Shown here: piece by piece, positions 1 to 12,456 of the stretch
How positions within the stretch are numbered: position 1 is the first letter of the stretch
Layout of the letters: the number at the start of each line of letters is the position of its first letter
Origin: Squalus acanthias
Taxonomy: Eukaryota
Length of the DNA stretch: 64,000 bases
Direction of reading: 5' to 3'
NCBI GenBank assembly: GCA_030390025.1
Contig: JASTWF010000364.1
Location: 248,001 to 312,000 of the forward strand
Notes under the pieces: model-generated
What the model was told of the DNA's origin: nothing
Database searches by the model: none
Seen by the model: the letters and a program-made list of their open reading frames with translations, nothing else
Translations under genes and position numbers: made by a program

Positions 1-645
1 CAATATTGGCAGTGACGCGTTTGTAAATCAAAGGCGGTTCAGTTAGAAACCAGGTAGAAAAATAAGACTTATAATTAATATATATAAATATATGTGAACA
101 AACAAACAAACTGGAATAAGGATGACAAGTGTCTAAAGTGTTATAATTCAGCGCAGCCCCTCCTACTCCCTCTGACTAGTAATTAATGGTGTTTGCAGCT
201 CAGGAACGCCCGCATTGGACAGGGAACTGAGACAGCAGAGGGGGAGAGAAGTGGCATTGCATATAATTGATTACCACCCAATCAACAATAACTTGTTAGC
301 AATCGTCAATTGCCCCGGCTCTCCCTCCTTCCTCACTCTAAAGAGAATATTATTCGCTTGTCTGCATAGTTGATGTGACAGAGCAGGCCAGAGAGAGAGA
401 GAGAGAAGGAGAGAAGGAGGAGGAGGAGGAGAGATTGGGTTGGGGAGCGCGCCGATAATCTTGATTCACTCTCCCCGCTTCTGGTTGGGTTTCCCCCTCC
501 CCGATCCGGGCGGAGGCACGAAGAGAGAATCCTTGGAGACAGCGACTGTGGAGTTGGCCTGAACTTTTGCTCCCTTTCGCTGTGATATTCAGTGTGTGTG
601 TTTGGCTGTTGTGTGCGGAGGGGAGTGTGAACTCCGAGTCCAAGA
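1..645 (+). promoter_or_regulatory. Putative proximal promoter and 5' UTR of Lbx1
   Basis: Directly upstream of ATG 646; CCAAT boxes (ATTGG 214-218, CCAAT 278-282), TATA-like ATATAAT ~261-267, TAAT homeodomain cores, CRE-like TGACGC near 13, GA-rich leader. TSS cannot be located from sequence. Confidence 0.5.
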
Positions 646-991
646 ATGAGTTCCAAACAAGAGGCCAAATCTTCCTCTGCCACCTTGCATTCTTCAGTGG
701 AAGAGCGGAGAAGGAGTCCGCTGGACCATCTGCCGCCCCCGGCCAACTCCAACAAGCCCCTAACTCCCTTCAGCATCGAAGACATCCTCAACAAACCGTC
801 AGTGCGCAGGGGTTACACCCTGTGCGGGGGCAACCATCTCCTGTCCCCGGCAGACAAGCACGCACCTTCGGGCATCGCCCTGACCGGCCGAGCCGGCGTC
901 CTGTCCCAGACATCGCCTCTCTGTGCCTTGGAAGAATTAGCGAGCAAAACTTTCAAAGGATTGGAAGTCAGTGTCTTGCAAGCGGCTGAGG
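646..991 (+). CDS. lbx1: Ladybird homeobox protein, coding exon 1 (eh1/Groucho-binding motif FSIEDIL)
   Basis: MSSKQE..EERRRSPLDHLPPPANSNKPLTPFSIEDILNKPSVRR..SQTSPLCALEELASKTFKGLEVSVLQAAE matches the vertebrate LBX1 N-terminus; phase-1 donor G|GTAAGT at 991/992. Confidence 0.95.
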
Positions 992-1751
992 GTAAGTTTA
1001 CAGAAAAACTGCATTATCTCAAACTTACCCGGTTATAACCGTTTATATATACGTTAAACATCAGCCGGATCATTTCTAAAACCTGTTCACAAATAAAGTG
1101 GCGAGTTCTTGTCTCACTGACTAGTTCAGGTAACTCAAACTTTTTTGGGGAAGGGGGAAAATAGGAAGCGAATCTGATTTTCGTTGAGAGAGATATTTGA
1201 GCAGAATCCACCCGTTATTGGAGGCTGATTCTCTTGTCGGGTGCGACAGAGAATGGGCTTCAAGTGAGAAATTTTTTGCACCGGATAAAATGAGAGAAAC
1301 GGGTTCGGCTCGGGGTAAGATTCAGACACAATTGTAGCGGGTTAAAGTGAGCGGGGCGCAGCGGCCGTTTCCAGATTCACACTGAACCTTCGATTGCAAC
1401 TTTCCGGGTTTATATTTAGAATTCCCCCGGGTTGGTATATTTTAATTTGTTAACGATATGGGTGGAGAAACATTCGAGGAGTTTAATTTAATCGAAGTGT
1501 TCGGGGAAAGGGGTTTTAAATAAAAAAAACCCTCGAGTAATTAAAATACATGGAGGAAAAATTCATTATCATCTTGTCTTCGAGGTCCCCCAGCAGCTGG
1601 GGGATTCCGGGGGATTCAGGGGGACCAGGGTGATGTTTGTGAAAGGCTTGCTAATGAAATGGATTTTTTTTTGCAATGGGTTTGTTCCGAGTTGAAATGA
1701 CCTTGAAATTCCTCCGTTTCTCTCCGTTCTAAAAAGGGTCTGTTTTGACAG

Positions 1752-2242
1752 GGAGAGACGGGCTCACCATCTTCGGCCAAAGGACAACTCCGAAGAAGAG
1801 GAGGAAGTCCAGAACCGCGTTCACCAACCATCAGATCTACGAGCTGGAGAAGCGCTTCTTGTACCAGAAGTACCTGTCCCCGGCCGACCGCGATCAGATC
1901 GCCCAGCAGCTGGGCCTGACCAATGCTCAGGTCATCACCTGGTTCCAGAACCGGCGGGCCAAACTCAAAAGGGACCTGGAGGAGATGAAGGCGGATGTGG
2001 AGTCGGCGAAAAAGCTGGGACCCACCCAGCTGGACAAAATAGCGGAAATGGCCGAGCTGGAACAAAGTTCGGCGGAGACCGGGAGTCAATCCAGATCACA
2101 GTCCCCCATCCCCATCAAGAGTGCACACGCCAACACGCCAGATGCTCACGGAGCCCCATCACCGCTTGCAGGACACCAGCCCAGGAAAGACTATTCAGAG
2201 GAGGACGAGGAAGAGGAGGAGGAGATTGATGTCGATGACTAA
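1752..2242 (+). CDS. lbx1: Ladybird homeobox protein, coding exon 2 (homeodomain and acidic tail); spliced CDS 837 nt, 278 aa
   Basis: Acceptor TTTTGACAG| at 1751 restores frame (E-G-R-D-G-L-T-I-F-G-Q-R); homeodomain KRRKSRTAFTNHQIYELEKRFLYQKYLSPADRDQIAQQLGLTNAQVITWFQNRRAKLKR; ESAKKLG and terminal EEIDVDD favour Lbx1 over Lbx2 (orthology needs a phylogeny); TAA 2240-2242. Confidence 0.93.
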
Positions 2243-3811
2243 TTTCCTTCTTTTTTTTGCCTCTCTCTCACTCCTCTCCCCTTCTTGTTCCCTTTTTTAA
2301 AAAAACAAAAAATGTATTACAAAAAAAACATTTAAAAAAAGAGTTTCCGCATCGACTTTCTACATCACCCAACTCAACGCATGTTCGGGGATTGATTCAA
2401 TTCTGCTCTTTTATTCTCTAGTTAGAAACGGGCTCAATTCAAGGCAGAAATATTCCAAAATAAAAAAAGCAATAATTAATGTTTAAAACTAGGATACAGA
2501 TGGACCGTCGGGGAGAGAGCCACTCTGTCCCGCCTCAGATATTTAATCATTTCGATTTCTATATATTATATATAAAGAAAACCCTTTCTGAATTAAGAAT
2601 GGCCCGGGTGTTTTGGTTTGTAAAGGTGGCTCTTGTTTCGAGGGACGCGACCCTGTTGCTGTGCAGCAGTTTAACAATCTTGGATTTGTGATCATGTTTC
2701 TCCTGCCCCGAGTCTTTCATCCTTTATTTAGCGAAAGGGACAGGCCGGTTTTTGCATCGCATGTCGGACGTCTGCACGGCGCTAATATTTTTTAAAGAAA
2801 ATTACTGGACTTACTTGTAACTTTCTAGATATTTCTCCATTTTTTTGTCTAATATCATTCTCCAGACGATTTATTATACAGCGCTATCAGAAATTCTGCC
2901 TCTTCAATATATCCTATTAAAACCTATTTTTGCGATTCATCCTGTGGTTTGTGAATTTATTTTAAAACTTAAAAATTCTAACGTGTTTATCGTCACGGTG
3001 ATTTTTTTTAAAAGGGGAACAATTAGGGACAGGAATATTTGTAAATATGCACACAAATTTTTGCATGTTTTTTTAAAGAAACGTTGCCGGGAGTTAAGAT
3101 ATTCTCTTCATATATTTTTAAATCTCCGATCTTGGGAATGTCGGCTGTGTCTGTACAGAGACTGGATTTTATAATCGGCAGCCGGGAGATACCAGCCTGA
3201 ATCTCGCTCATTTACTAACACACGCGTGCGAGATTTAATGAACCCTTCGGTCATGTTATTCCTTTAAAAAAAAAGATAATTTACATCCCAATAGACTTCC
3301 TTTCACTTCATTCACCGATCAACGCGTGTTCACTGATTCTGAACTAAAACACGGTCCACACTCGGAAGGGCCAAATTAAAACTATTTCCATCGGCTGTGG
3401 CCACTTTAACTGATCCGAGAATCAGTTTGATAAATCGAGAGTTGTAATTTCAAAAACAAATCTCGATAAAAATTGTTTAATATATATATGGATTTCGACA
3501 TTATTTTTCTGGTCGAATTTAAACTGGTTTCCAGTCATCAAGCTGCAGAATGAACCATGGGAGCGTGAGCGAAAAAAGAGAATGGATAGAAATATTATTA
3601 TTTTTTTAAAAAAAAGGGAAAATGTGACCATGAGGTTTTGGGGACTGTTACCATCATTTCCCCCAGTTTTTTTAAACGAAGATTAACGGGATAGGAGAAA
3701 AATCGGAGAAAGAAGTAAGGTGTGGCTGTAATGTGTGACCAATGCGGTTTCCGTATGGTACAAGAAGGTCGGCAATATTGCAAACAGATGCACAGAGAAC
3801 AATCTAATAAA
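2243..3811 (+). other. Probable Lbx1 3' UTR with candidate poly(A) signals
   Basis: AT-rich; AATAAA at 2459-2464 and 3806-3811; Pumilio-type TGTAAATA at 3040-3047. True 3' end unknown. Confidence 0.4.
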
Positions 3812-4059
3812 TAACTGGAGAGGGAGCGAGGATCCGAGACTTGTAAGCAGAGATATAACCGGCCATTTCAACACTTTTGTATTGGGAACAAAAGTGAAAT
3901 TTATGTGAGAACTCAAAATCTGGTTTTTTTTGAGAGAGAGAGAGAAAAAAGATGCCAATTTTTTCCCGTTTTTGGGCCATTTTCTGCGGGCAGTCAGTCT
4001 TTGAGAATGTATGAGTGGGTTAATGTTAGCGGAACGCATGGGAACTTGGGACAAATGAT

Positions 4060-4560
4060 GCCGGAGTGCTGGTGTGTCAGTTGACAATGGTCTATACAAA
4101 CCCCCTGCTGCCCCTCTGCAGCGCAGGCTGCGGCCGGACAAGTGTTGCCTCCACGGCAGCAAGCAGCAAACCGCTTGGACACCATATGGTTTATGAATTT
4201 TCTAAACAATTTGGAGACAATTTGATGGATGGGTCAATTCCGCCCCTTGAATGTTTATCGCCATTTACAATAGCACTAATATATACATCGGCGTTTCTAG
4301 GGCATCTGCGCTGTTAATGTTGCTTCTCGCTGGCATTTTGCGGGCCAGTCAATGAATCAGAATGAACGTGCCCTTTCTTAGCTACCCAGAAAGGAAGAGG
4401 AGGGTGCACTTTGTTAAAAGGCCACTTCGCTTTTTTTTAAGGCCAAAATTAAGTTGGTTTTGCCTTTCTGCCGAATTAAGCAGAGGGAGAATGTAAATAA
4501 TCAGACAGGCTCATTGAAGGAGTTGTGACATTTACGAGCTCTGCTTCAGTCAGTACTCGT
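4060..4560. promoter_or_regulatory. Candidate conserved enhancer downstream of Lbx1
   Basis: Non-repetitive; PBX-HOX site TGATGGATGG at 4223-4232, TTTATGA, TTTACGA, TGACA half-sites, E-box CATCTG. Confidence 0.4.
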
Positions 4561-6474
4561 TCTCTTTTGTCTTGCCTGGATTGGGTCCTTTTAAAGCTTT
4601 TTAAATATTTTCTGTAGAGTTTTTCCCCTCAAGTATTTAATGGGTTTAAAGACACGACATTTTCAATAGAATTTAAACCCAATGGTTTGTTTAGAATAAA
4701 ACAAAGGCGCGATTCTCTGAGTTGAAAGAGCCCGGAGCTGGTGGGACTGTTGAAGATGGGTTTATCTGACACACAATTTGAACAACACAACTTTTGTTCA
4801 GAGAGCGAGTTAGACGGGAGTGAAATTAGGAAGTCGGCAATGAGACAAAAATATACATCTCAACCCGCCTTGTATTTATTCTTTAAACATCCCGCCTGGT
4901 TCGAACCGACTTCACTGGGAGCTGCAGGAACGGCTCTCCCGGCCGCTCCATTATTCAATCTTTCGATATTGGAGACCGGTTCGCTTTGTAAATAAGCTGC
5001 TTATTTCCCCGCCTCTCTCTCTCTCTCTCTGCCGCCGGATCCATCATTCCTTTCTTTAATAAAACTCTCCCTTTCGTTAGTTACTAAATTAACACATTTA
5101 TTTTTTAAATTAAATAATACACGTTTTGCCACACGTTCAATATTAAAATGAACGCTTTCTAAAAATGAAGTCAGTATATTCCGCAGTGTCTGGGTGAGGA
5201 TATCATTTTTAATATGATGATTAAGGGATTGGCAGTTTATAAACCTGGGCAGCTTTGACAAATCGGAGCAGAGACCAAGAAACAGAATATTTTTGTTGCA
5301 CACACACAGAAAACAGCTTGAAATATTTCACCAAAAACCCCTGGTAGATTTCGAAGAATTGTCTCGGATTTACCCTTTAAATCCGTAGATTTTATTCCCT
5401 CAGACAGAAATAGCGAAGCAATGTTTGAGCTTGGCCGGAGCTCTCGGGTCTCCCGAGCTCTCCAGTTCCATTCTCTCCCAGTTCACAGAAAGAAATATCC
5501 ATTTCACCCAACAAACACACCTCTTAATTTCTCAACCCCACAGTCCCTTTTCACACACAGCCTCCCTCCCCGGCTCTCAGAGCTCAGCCTACCGAGTACA
5601 GGCGTGAACTCACAATCTGAGGGAAGGCAGAGAAACGAAAATCTCCCGTTTTCTTACTTGGAACTATTGAAATTTGACTTCTAAAAAAAAGGTGCAATTT
5701 ACTGGCGTGGCGAAAGGAGGAAGGGAGAGCGGGTGATGTTATTTTCAGTAGAATATGTGTGTGAGAGAGAAAGAGCGAATGAGAGAGAAAGAGAGGCTGA
5801 GAGAAAGAGAACGAGGCAGGAAGGGAGAGGAGAGAGAAAGAGAGAACGAACGAACGAACGAACCACAGCGACTGCAGGACAATGTCACGCAGTCATATTT
5901 TACAATTCCCTTTACTCAGTAAATCCCAGAACTTTAGCAGCTCAGAACTGGTCCATATTGTATAAAGAGAGGTATTATTTCGGAAAGAGTTTTTGAAATT
6001 AGAGAGAGAGGGAGAGAGAGGCAGGGGATGGAGAGATTTTGTAAAACTGAGATCGAATCGATCCCAGAAATCGCAAGTCTGGCAGGTCACGGAGTCAGAA
6101 CAGATTCCATCTAAAAATAACTTTAAAACGCGCCAAGTGAAAAAGTTTTTAGAAGAAAAAAAGGCTTAAAAATAACTAAATTAAATCTCAAACCTTGTGG
6201 AGGCAAATCTGACATCTGTTTACAAATGATAACATCCGTGTTCTAGACTTTTAATAGAAGGGAGTAGCTGTGGACTGAAGTGACACGGATATTATTATCA
6301 GCAGCTTGATGTTGTGACAGAATCATTTGGAAACAGTTATTAGTCCGCGCGGGTCTCAGAAATTAAACTCGGCACTTTGAGAAATAATGAAAGGGTTTGG
6401 TCACTGCCTGACTCGCACAGACCAACCCGGCTCCTCCCACCGCAATTTATACATTTACTAAACTTCAAATACAG

Positions 6475-6790
6475 GCATTATATAAACAGATATAATATAT
6501 AATATTGTGTATATCCATCCATAGGGCTGTGTATACATGTATATTCACACTATATATAATACATATATAAATACACAGACACTATACATGATGTACACAC
6601 ATATATGTATATAATATGTCCATGTATATATCCATACACCCTGTATATAATCCATACTTTATGAACTGTATATAAAGCGCCATATAGTGCATTAACTTTC
6701 GAATTTACATCTACACTATAGAATTCACAGACATTAATATATATGTTGATGCAGTTTATCGTGTGTGTATATATTACACACACACACGAT
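6475..6790. repeat. TA/CA-rich low-complexity tract; separate (TA)n at ~7161-7184
   Basis: Visible alternating TA/CA runs. Confidence 0.7.
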
Positions 6791-8442
6791 ATACCGCATT
6801 AATATCTAAACTCTCCTTAAAGTTTAACAAACGCTATCATGTATTAATCTAATATTTTGAAGGAAACACTAAACACACGCTTCCTGCATTCACTTTAAAT
6901 GAGGGTAACTTTCAGCTTGTGATTGGCCGCTGAGCCATTCTTCACGGGTTAAACAGCGGTGTGTAAATTATATCTTTACCTATAAACTCTCCATATAAAA
7001 GCTAAATGCGTTTTCTGCCCACAAAGATATATACACATTATTTTATAGAATAGAAACCAAGGGGCTGGGGAGGGAAACCGAGTCCTTAATGTGTCCAGTG
7101 CCATAGAAAGAGTAAAAGGTTGACGAGCGAGAGATATTTGCGGTTTAATTCACAGGCGGTTTTATATATATATATATATATATATTTGTAAGTAATTCAC
7201 AGCCTCGGTTGTTGTAGCGGCCGGGGAAGGATCCCACTGTACTGATGTGGGAGAAGCAGTGAAGGAGAAAGCTGCATAATCTGACAGGGCTGGCTCTGTG
7301 AATCCACTTCCTTATTTCATTACATGTCAGACTGGTGTCAGGCGCGGCAACGATAACTAATACTACAGTCTTTGGGACCAGAACGTGGTAATTAATCCAC
7401 AAGACTTAAGTGTATTTTACTTCTAGAGAAAAATCACTAATTCAATCGACCGGAAAATTGAAGTTTGATGCATTATTCCCTGTGAAAGTAAAGGCTGCTC
7501 TCATTACAAGCCGAATCGAGCCGTTCTCTGCGCTTGTCTACACCTCTCTGATTGTATCCTACATTTTCTAAACATTGACGGCCAATGATCATATTTCAAA
7601 CCCCACAATTCCCATTCGGTGAAAAAGACGATAAATTGTAGACTGTTCGTTGGCTGAATGGGGAACCGAGTCCCCGCGATAACCTAATTAACCAGTGCTG
7701 ATTTTAGCAATGCTGCTGGAAGTTGGGTAAATCCTTCACACTTGCATTCTTAGTCATTAACATCAGTGTCCTAATTAATACTCGGCGTCAGCTCCCGCTC
7801 CTCTCTGACTATTATATCGCCTCTTTCCCTTTCTGGGCAGGTAAATGTCATTTACATTCATTACTTAAACCTACAATTTAAGGTAATATGTTAGCCCAGA
7901 CAGGAAACCTCCACACCCACAGACAGATCCCAATGAAGGCAAGTATCAGCAAGTATCGCCGAGTCCTTCATTGCGGGAAACAGAAAAAGAGACTTGTATA
8001 AATCCAAGATATATTCCCTTTTTATATTTAACTGATATGAATAATTAATTACTTTTTCAAATAGGTAAAACTGTGTCCTGGGACACTGCTGCCTCAAACA
8101 GTTACAAATAACACGGCTTACTCCGATATTTCTCTCCCAGATATATTCGCTTTCATACTGCCAACACCGTGTACCACAACCCGATCTTATTCTGAACTTA
8201 ACAACAGTAACCTACGTTCATACAACGCCTTTAATGTAGTAAAACGTCCCAAGGCGCCTCACAAGAGCGATTATCAAACACCATTTGACATAATATACTC
8301 CTTTTATTTCATACGTGCATGATATTGATCTTACAGATATACTCTTATACACAGCAGTGTATACTGGGGCCCCTGAGATGTGAAAAGCACTCTATAAATG
8401 CAAGTTGTTTTATTACTCCCAGAGACTCTGTCATAGTGTGTG

Positions 8443-10153
8443 CTGGTATATCCCCCTCACTGGTATAACCCCCTCACTGGTATATCCCCCTCACTGGTAT
8501 ATCACCCTCACTGGTATATCACCCTCACTGGTATATCCCCCTCACCTCACTGGTATATCACCCTCACTGGTATATCCCCCTCACCTCACTGGTATATCCC
8601 CCTCACTGGTATATCCCCCTCACTGGTATATCACCCTCACTGGTATATCCCCCTCACTGGTATATCACCCTCACTGGTATATCACCCTCACTGGTATATC
8701 CCCCTCACTGGTATATCACCCTCACTGGTATATCCCCCTCACTGGTATATCACCCTCACTGGTATATCCCCCTCACTGGTATATCACCCTCACTGGTATA
8801 TCCCCCTCACCTCACTGGTATATCACCCTCACTGGTATATCCCCCTCACCTCACTGGTATATCACCCTCACTGGTATATCACCCTCACTGGTATATCCCC
8901 CTCACTGGTATATCACACTCACTGGTATATCCCCCTCACTGGTATATCACCCTCACTGGTATATCACCCTCACTGGTATATCCCCCTCACCTCACTGGTA
9001 TATCCCCCTCACTGGTATATCACCCTCACCTCACTGGTATATCACCCTCACTGGTATATCCCCCTCACTGGTATATCCCCCTCACTGGTATATCACCCTC
9101 ACTGGTATATCACCCTCACCATCGTCAACACCTTCACCGAAGCGTACGAGAGCATGGGCCTTACACTAAACATCCATAAGACAAAGGTCCTCTACCAACC
9201 TGCCCCCCTCTACCAACCTGCCCCCACCACACAGTACTGCCCCCTGATTATCAAAATCCATGACAAGGCCTTGGACAACGTGAACCACTTTCCATACCTC
9301 GGGAGCCTACTGTCAACAAGGGCAGACGTCGATGACGAAGTCAAACACCGCCTTCAGTGTGCCAGTGCAGCCTTCGGTCGCCTGAGGAAGAGAGTGTTTG
9401 AAGACCAGGACCTCAAACCCGGCACTAAGCTCATGGTCTACAGAGCAGCAGTGATACCCACCCTGCTGTATGCCTCAGAGACATGGACCATGTACAGCAG
9501 ACACCTCAAAGCACTGGAGAGGTACCACCAATGCTGCCTCTGCAAGATCCTGCAAATCCATTGGCAGGATAGGCGCACCAATGTCAGTGCTCTTGCTCAG
9601 GCCAACATCCCCAGCATCGAAGCTTTGACCACGCTTGATCAGCTCCAATGGACGGGTCACATTGTCCGCATGCCCGCTACGAGACTCCCAAAACAAGCGC
9701 TCTACTCGGAGCTCCGGCATGGCAAGAGAGCCCCAGGTGGGCAGAGGAAATGCTTCAAGGACACCCTCAAAGCCTCCTTGAAAAAGTGTAACATCCCCAC
9801 CGACACCTGGGAATCCCTGGCTCAAGACCGCACAAAGTGGAGGAGAAGCATCCGGGAAGGCGCCGAACACCTCGAGTCTCTTCGCCGGGAGCAAGCAGAA
9901 GCCAAGCACAAGGAGCGCACGTCAGCCCAAGCACCCCACCCACCTGCCCCTTCAACCACCGTCTGCCCCACCTGTGACAGAGACTGTAGGTTCCACATTG
10001 GACTCATCAGTCACCTGAGAACTCATTTTTAATGTGGAAGCAAGTCATCCTCGGTTCCGAGGGACTGCCTAAGAAGAAGAAGGTATATCACCCTCACCTC
10101 ACTGGTATATCCCCCTCACTGGTATATCCCCCTCACTGGTATATCACCCTCAC
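8443..10153. repeat. 17-bp minisatellite CTGGTATATC(C/A)CCCTCA, ~40 copies at 8443-9120 and ~4 at 10082-10153, split by an RTE LINE
   Basis: Direct tandem repetition with C/A variants and occasional extra CCTCA. Confidence 0.95.
9118..10081 (+). mobile_element. 5'-truncated RTE-clade (BovB-like) LINE: RT C-terminus and CCHH zinc finger
   Basis: TIVNTFTEAYESMGLTLNIHKTKVL..VNHFPYLGSLL..LLYASETW..CPTCDRDCRFHIGLISHLRTHF; (AAG)n tail; flanked by GGTATATCACCCTCACC at 9104-9120 and 10082-10098. Confidence 0.92.
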
Positions 10154-10245
10154 TTCTCTCTTGCTGGTGTGTACAATCTGCCAAATCTAGTTTTATTACT
10201 GAAATACACACATCGGATTAAAATACCGCATCGCTCTGGAGAGGC

Positions 10246-10578
10246 GCACACTCAGAGACACACACACCGACACACACACACACACACACTCAGATAGAGA
10301 CACAGAGACACAGACAGACACACACACTCAGATAGAGACACACAGACAGACACACATACTCAGATAGAGACACACAGACACACACACACAGACACACAGA
10401 CAGACACACATACTCAGATAGAGACACACAGACACACACACACAGACACACAGACACACACACACTCTCAGATAGAGACACACAGACACACAGAGACACA
10501 GACACACACAAACAGACACACAGACAGACACACACTCTCAGATAGAGACACACAGACACACAGAGACACAGACACACA
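10246..10578. repeat. CA/GA compound microsatellite
   Basis: CACA/GACA/GAGA units. Confidence 0.9.
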
Positions 10579-11605
10579 CTTTTGGCGGGTGTTCATTGCT
10601 CGGTGCCCAACAGAAACAGAAAATGTTCGCGTTTCCCAGGTGAATATTTTGGGCTTGTCCTGTCACCGCTTCTGGCGGTTCTACCCGGGAAACAATCCCA
10701 GTATTTTTCCCTCAGATCCTGACTGTCCTACTGGAAACTTAAGTATTTTCTGTCTGTATTTCCGATTGCCTGGACTCAGTTCCCGCTGTCCAATACAGGG
10801 CTCAATGCTGGGAGGATCTAATTCACAGCAATATTTACACACACCCCCTTATATCAGTGTGATTATATCTAACTACCTTCAGCTAATTGGTTTTCTTTCG
10901 TTGTCTGTTCCTTAGCGAGTTCTCTCCCACACAACTTGCACCAAGCCTCACACCCACCCACAGCCGCAGATCCGAACATCTCTCACAACAAAGGAAAAGT
11001 TGGGGAAACAATGATTGGGAACTCAGACTGGTGCCGCTGGTGAGTTTATCCTGGTCCACAGCTCACTGAGCGCAGGCCAGGGCGGCTCAGTCCTCCCAGG
11101 CCACTCACAGCAACTGGAGAAGAAAGAGGTCTCGGAGCCCCCGAAACACGGATCTTGCTGGATTCCATGGAGCCACCTGTGCTCGGGCAGGTGATGCTGG
11201 CGAGGGGAAAGGCTCAGGGGTCTCCAGGTGAGCGCCAGGCTGTATTCAGCCAGTACCCGGGGTCTGGTGCAGTGAGAGGAGGGAGGGCAGACACCCGGAG
11301 TGATCAGGGAGCGAGCCTGGCTGGAGGTGAGAGGCCGGAGGGGAGTGGGGCTCCCAGTTTCTGGGAAAGAAATTGGGATTAGCAATTTGTGCATAATTCG
11401 GATTTATTCAGGAAAGAACAGGATCCCCGAGTGAACCGGATTAAACTTCGCCTATCCAGAAAGCAAAGCTTTAAATTAATTTGAAAAAGAAATTCCAGGA
11501 GAGAGTTCAGAATTGATTTCACCAGTTCAGGGCCCGTGTCCGTGGGATTTACACGCGGAGTGGCAGCGCCGGAGCAGCGGGACTAGACTGGGATGCAGTG
11601 CAATC

Positions 11606-12456
11606 CTAGGGCTGGGATCAGACCCTCACTCTAGGGCTGGGCTCAGACCCTCACTCTAGGGCTGGGCTCAGACCCTCACTCTAGGGCTGGGCTCAGACCC
11701 TCACTCTAGGGCTGGGCTCAGACCCTCACTCTAGGGCTGGGCTCAGACCCTCACTCTAGGGCTGGGCTCAGACCCTCACTCTAGGGCTGGGCTCAGACCC
11801 TCACTCTAGGGCTGGGCTCAGACCCTCACTCTCTAGGGGCTGGGCTCAGACCCTCACTCTAGGGCTGGGCTCAGACCCTCACTCTCCAGGGGCTGGGCTC
11901 AGACCCTCACTCTAGGGCTGGGCTCAGACCCTCACTCTAGGGCTGGGCTCAGACCCTCACTCTAGGGCTGGGCTCAGACCCTCACTCTCTAGGGGCTGGG
12001 ATCAGACCCTCACTCTAGGGCTGGGCTCAGACCCTCACTCTAGGGCTGGGCTCAGACCCTCACTCTAGGGCTGGGATCAGACCCTCACTCTAGGGCTGGG
12101 CTCAGACCCTCACTCTAGGGCTGGGCTCAGACCCTCACTCTAGGGCTGGGCTCAGACCCTCACTCTAGGGCTGGGCTCAGACCCTCACTCTCCAGGGGCT
12201 GGGATCAGACCCTCACTCTAGGGCTGGGCTCAGACCCTCACTCTAGGGCTGGGCTCAGACCCTCACTCTAGGGCTGGGCTCAGACCCTCACTCTAGGGCT
12301 GGGCTCAGACCCTCACTCTAGGGCTGGGCTCAGACCCTCACTCTAGGGCTGGGCTCAGACCCTCACTCTAGGGCTGGGCTCAGACCCTCACTCTAGGGCT
12401 GGGCTCAGACCCTCACTCTAGGGCTGGGCTCAGACCCTCACTCTAGGGCTGGGATC
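11606..12456. repeat. 25-bp minisatellite CTAGGGCTGGG(C/A)TCAGACCCTCACT, ~34 copies
   Basis: Highly homogeneous tandem array with a few longer variant units. Confidence 0.95.

Noticed and set aside
333..989. ORFs overlapping the Lbx1 5' region on other frames and strands
   Set aside because: No recognisable domains; by-products of the GC-rich exon and GA-rich leader.
992..1751. ORF-track extension of exon 1 to 1038 and start of exon 2 at 1745
   Set aside because: Canonical GT..AG intron 992-1751 explains both; splicing restores the conserved AAEGRDG junction.
8405..10032. 530-aa ORF fusing a LVYPPHWYIPLTGISPS repeat to an RT C-terminus
   Set aside because: Stop-free 17-mer array happens to be in frame with a truncated RTE; non-ATG start; no gene evidence.
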